From: Candidatus Bathyarchaeota archaeon
GTDB taxonomy: Archaea > Thermoproteota > Bathyarchaeia > Bathyarchaeales > Bathycorpusculaceae
Length of the DNA stretch: 64,000 nt
Assembly: GCA_963815095.1 (NCBI GenBank)
Contig: CAWFFH010000003.1
Span: forward strand, 992,001-1,056,000
Reading direction: 5' to 3'
Shown: positions 60,614 to 64,000 of the stretch, piece by piece
How the letters are laid out: every line of letters starts with the position of its first letter
Position numbering within the stretch: position 1 is the stretch's first letter
Made by a program: the position numbers and the translations under genes
Notes under the pieces: model-generated
What the model was told of the DNA's origin: nothing
Databases searched by the model: none
The model's input: only the letters and a program-made list of their open reading frames with translations

Positions 60614-60973
60614 ATGTCGGAAAAGATTTCATTAAGGGAAATAATTGGTGCAATTCTAGGTGAGATAAAAGTCATCCTCAAAGAATATATGAATGAAGCG
60701 GAAGCTTCTATTAAGAAACGCCTCAAAAGACTCGTAATCATAAGCGTAATTGGCAGTGTTTTGATGGCTCTGGGAATTTCATTTATCGGTTCAGCTTCCC
60801 TTTTCATACTTATTGGATCGTTCAAGTACCTAAGCACCACCATGCTTGCGTGGGAAGCATTGTACATCATGGGCATCACTTCAGGTATTATAGCCGGTGT
60901 TTTCTTTTTTGGACTTTTCATCATTATACGAAATCAATTGAGATCTCCCAAAAAACCTGATAATCAAAATTAG
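60614..60973 (+). CDS. Small membrane protein (YqjE/holin-X-like, 2 TM)
   Basis: Amphipathic N-terminus plus two TM helices and basic tail. Confidence 0.6.
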   Translation: MSEKISLREIIGAILGEIKVILKEYMNEAEASIKKRLKRLVIISVIGSVLMALGISFIGSASLFILIGSFKYLSTTMLAWEALYIMGITSGIIAGVFFFGLFIIIRNQLRSPKKPDNQN

Positions 60974-61019
60974 TCACCGTGTCTTCATTTTCAGAAACTC
61001 CATTTTGCGGATTTTGCGT

Positions 61020-61955
61020 TCAAACGCAGACTTTTGACGCTTCATCTTCACTCAAATATAGTGCTGTTCTAGCAGGAATAACAAAGAGATTTTGCCCAAC
61101 CAAATTCGCTATCAATGCTGGCAAAGCAACAGGCCCCAATACAAGTTCACCAATCACAATTGCTAACGTGGAATTCTTATGACTACTTACCACACTCAAT
61201 GCAATTGCAGCTGGACGGCCAAACCTTCTACCAGAAAAATAGGCAACAACAAAAGTTGCACTTAGAATTAATAAAACAAAAAACAGAAGCAACAAAAATT
61301 CAGTCGGTCTTTGCTCAACAAAAACCGACCCAGGCGCAACAGCCCCCCAAATAAGAAATAACACAAGAGTCTGCTGAATAAGTGGACCGCGAACAACGAT
61401 TTTTTGAGTTTTTTGCGAAAGTAGTTTTCTTAAAGCCTGAGCGGCAACTAGAGGCACCACCAAAATGAAAAATAAATTTGTAAAAATTGCAGTCGAGTCT
61501 ATTTGGGCTACAGTATGCGTCACGAGCAAAATTGTAATTGGAATAGTTACAAGAGCCAAAATATTTGTCATCATACTTATGATGAGAGCTAATGGCGTAT
61601 GACCGTGGAAAACATCACACCAAAAGACAGAGGAAATCGCGGCAGGTGAACTGAATGCAATCACTAACGCGGCAAACTCTACTGGTTTAAAAAGAGATAT
61701 CCCAACAATTGAAAATAGAGGCGGCACTAAAAAGACCAAACATAAAGCAAGAAGAATAATCTTAAAATTTTTTAGTGAGTTTAAAAATTCTCTTGGCTTA
61801 AGATTGAGTGTAACAAAAAACATTATCAATGCGAGAAATATCGAAGTATAGGGGTGCCAAAGTAATCCGATTTTCGGAAGCAGCAACCCTAAAGTTACAG
61901 CAATTAAAGCTACAATTATGGAAGACAATTTTTTAATGAATTCTTTGTAATCCAC
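61020..61955 (-). CDS. Bile acid:sodium symporter (BASS) family transporter
   Basis: 9-10 TM, SSPAAISS, KNSTLAI motifs. Confidence 0.85.
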   Translation of the reverse strand: MDYKEFIKKLSSIIVALIAVTLGLLLPKIGLLWHPYTSIFLALIMFFVTLNLKPREFLNSLKNFKIILLALCLVFLVPPLFSIVGISLFKPVEFAALVIAFSSPAAISSVFWCDVFHGHTPLALIISMMTNILALVTIPITILLVTHTVAQIDSTAIFTNLFFILVVPLVAAQALRKLLSQKTQKIVVRGPLIQQTLVLFLIWGAVAPGSVFVEQRPTEFLLLLFFVLLILSATFVVAYFSGRRFGRPAAIALSVVSSHKNSTLAIVIGELVLGPVALPALIANLVGQNLFVIPARTALYLSEDEASKVCV

Positions 61956-62003
61956 TTTTGTAGCCTACTAATTAAGATGTATTAAGACTTAAAAAAGGTA
62001 AGT

Positions 62004-62603
62004 CTATACTGAATCCCATAAATCGGCAGCTTGTTTTTCTATCTTTGAATTCTGAAGACGTTTAATATTTGAGTTCGCTTCAATTGATAGTTTGCAAAGT
62101 ATATCGTATTTTTTCATTAGCACCTTCATATCCGTCGACCAATCCAGGCTATCTGGATAATAAGGAATTGGATAAGTTAGGTATGGACTAACATTTTTAT
62201 TATTCCAGATTGAAACTTTGTCATCATAACTTCCTGCTTTAGTTGCAACCTTATAACCATATTCTTCTAAAAGAACGCCTAATTTTCCCAGTCCTTTTCG
62301 AATTGGCTGAGCGATTATCTCAGGGGAGTTAATTCCATTTTGTGAATAAGCGGAAAGGTAATTGTGTCTATTATCTTGTGATAAATGATACCATAAAGAA
62401 TCGGGGAGGAGAAAATCAGCAACATTTTTCTGTGCATTGTCGGTAAGATCTTTTAACCTTGCCTTGAATTGCGCTAACTGGTTTTTGCCCAAACTTATAG
62501 TATTTTGAGAATCGCTAACAATATAATGCCTTGTGGTTGAATTGAACCAAATAGCAGAAAAAGCAACAGTGGCCTTTATGAATAACTGACGAGTAGCTTC
62601 CAT
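62004..62603 (-). CDS. Hypothetical protein (AT-rich; true start probably TTG 62676 across a frameshift)
   Basis: 199-aa ORF, frame open about 23 codons further upstream; AGGAGG SD before TTG 62676. Confidence 0.6.
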   Translation of the reverse strand: MEATRQLFIKATVAFSAIWFNSTTRHYIVSDSQNTISLGKNQLAQFKARLKDLTDNAQKNVADFLLPDSLWYHLSQDNRHNYLSAYSQNGINSPEIIAQPIRKGLGKLGVLLEEYGYKVATKAGSYDDKVSIWNNKNVSPYLTYPIPYYPDSLDWSTDMKVLMKKYDILCKLSIEANSNIKRLQNSKIEKQAADLWDSV

Positions 62604-62712
62604 TTCTATTTTGTATTTCTCTAATTTTTCTTGTTCATTAGATATTGCTAAGTCAATGTTATCAATCGTTTTTCAAAGCCTCCTTAAGATTCGGTTAAAA
62701 AAAAAGAAAAAA

Positions 62713-63999
62713 TTAGAAGTCTAAGATTTTGACTACTGCATCATTTTCAACTTCGTGTGCTAATGGAATGCCTGTAACTTTGGTGGCTATCTCGCTGAGA
62801 CTCATCAGGTCGCCTCGCGTGAGCAAATCAAGCTTCCATTTTCTATTGCCCGCCATTAGTTGTTTCAATCCAACGCCAACTCTGTCGGTTAAGTATGTAT
62901 AAACGCCTACGCTTTCCAACGGAATTTCATCAAAGCCTTTACCATATTTTGCTTTCAGTTCTGGAGTTGCAATGAAGAATTTTTCTGGAGTTCCACCGAA
63001 TTTGTCTACGAAGCTCTTGGGCAATTTACCTTCTTGCGCTAATTGTTTGAAGTAGTTTGCTTTCATAGCTGCTGTTATAGGCGAGCGCCCCATCAAGACT
63101 GCTTTAACAAGTGGTCCTTGACCGAAGTTACTTAATGCGATGGTTTTGAATATTGATGTTTCTTCGATGAATCCGCCTGCCATCACAAGGTCTGGAACAT
63201 GTTTGCCTTTTTTCTTGAGAATTTGGGCACACTGTAAAACTAGCGCTTGTAGATACAGTGTTGGGATGCTCATTTCATCCATCATTGGCACTGGACTCAT
63301 GCCTGTTCCTCCGCCTGCACCGTCAAAGCTCAAGGCATCAATCTTGGCTTCAGAGGCAAACTTCATTGTATACGCCACTGCTGAAGGTCGGTATGCACCT
63401 GTTTTTAGGAAGACTCTCTTTGCACCTTGTTCACGTAGCCATTCAATGTCTTCGATAAAGGATTTTTCTTTTGGTATACCGACTCTGCTGTGCCGCTCAA
63501 AGGTTTGGAACACTCCAGCTTTGAACGCTTGTTGAACGACCAAGTCTTCAGGATCAGGAATAACGATGTAACCACGTTTCTTAAGCAGAATTGCTTTCTC
63601 TATACTTTTGAGGCGAACTTCGCCGCCAATAGCCTTTGCTCCCTGCCCCCATTTACGCTCAATAATGTTAACTTCTAGTTTAGAGAGAGCGTATGCGTCT
63701 ATGCCTAATCTTTGATCTTCAACGTTTGTTTGGATGATGACATCGCCATTTTTTTTGTCCCAGAACTTTCTAAAAGAATCCACTCTTCGTTTTAGTTCAG
63801 GCGAATGGGTAACTTTTCCATTTGATAATTCAGCTTGAATATCCATGCCTGCAATGTTTTCACCGATAGTTACAGATACACCCGACAGAGCTGCACCGAT
63901 AGCAAGAGCATCCCAATTAACACGTGCAACTTCTGTGGATCCAAAAGCACCTGTTAATATTGGAAGTTTAAGAGGCATCCCGCCTACAACTGTTTCCAA
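62713..63999 (-). CDS. FMN-binding glutamate synthase family protein (5'-truncated by window edge)
   Basis: KWGQGAKAIGGE, LKTGAY, DGAGGGTGMSP, AGG. Confidence 0.88.
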   Translation of the reverse strand: METVVGGMPLKLPILTGAFGSTEVARVNWDALAIGAALSGVSVTIGENIAGMDIQAELSNGKVTHSPELKRRVDSFRKFWDKKNGDVIIQTNVEDQRLGIDAYALSKLEVNIIERKWGQGAKAIGGEVRLKSIEKAILLKKRGYIVIPDPEDLVVQQAFKAGVFQTFERHSRVGIPKEKSFIEDIEWLREQGAKRVFLKTGAYRPSAVAYTMKFASEAKIDALSFDGAGGGTGMSPVPMMDEMSIPTLYLQALVLQCAQILKKKGKHVPDLVMAGGFIEETSIFKTIALSNFGQGPLVKAVLMGRSPITAAMKANYFKQLAQEGKLPKSFVDKFGGTPEKFFIATPELKAKYGKGFDEIPLESVGVYTYLTDRVGVGLKQLMAGNRKWKLDLLTRGDLMSLSEIATKVTGIPLAHEVENDAVVKILDF

Positions 64000-64000
64000 G

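Noticed and set aside
60614-60973. Holin indicating a provirus
   Set aside because: No viral genes nearby; resembles cellular YqjE-like membrane proteins.

Overview
Archaeal chromosomal segment, most consistent with Bathyarchaeia. That assignment is an inference from the HMf-type histone, Alba, LysW pathway, PEF-CTERM/NosD surface proteins and group 3b hydrogenase. Housekeeping content: P-type ATPase, tRNA-Ala(UGC), Mrp, rpiA, lysM-lysWXYZJK, thrC-hom-lysC, argGH-carAB, the DUF39-CBS/NIL-Fer/UPF0280 homocysteine module and a partial glutamate synthase. The top candidate new system is a tight minus-strand operon (14795-18113). It encodes a Zn-ribbon membrane protein, a 544-aa single-pass membrane protein whose only cysteines form a C-terminal (Cys-Ala)n tail (10 Cys in 21 aa), and an RRE/PqqD-radical SAM-SPASM enzyme. 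This suggests RiPP-like modification of a large membrane protein. Other notable signals: two unannotated Lys-rich micro-ORFs near the histone gene; a collapsed tRNA-Ala island with an att repeat and integrase remnant; a 53-bp element shared by the lysW and argG promoters; a palindrome at fixed spacing from the TATA box of three surface-protein genes; a fused hydrogenase beta-gamma subunit with an Asp-substituted small subunit; and a nuclease-helicase gene broken by about 8 frameshifts (likely sequencing errors).
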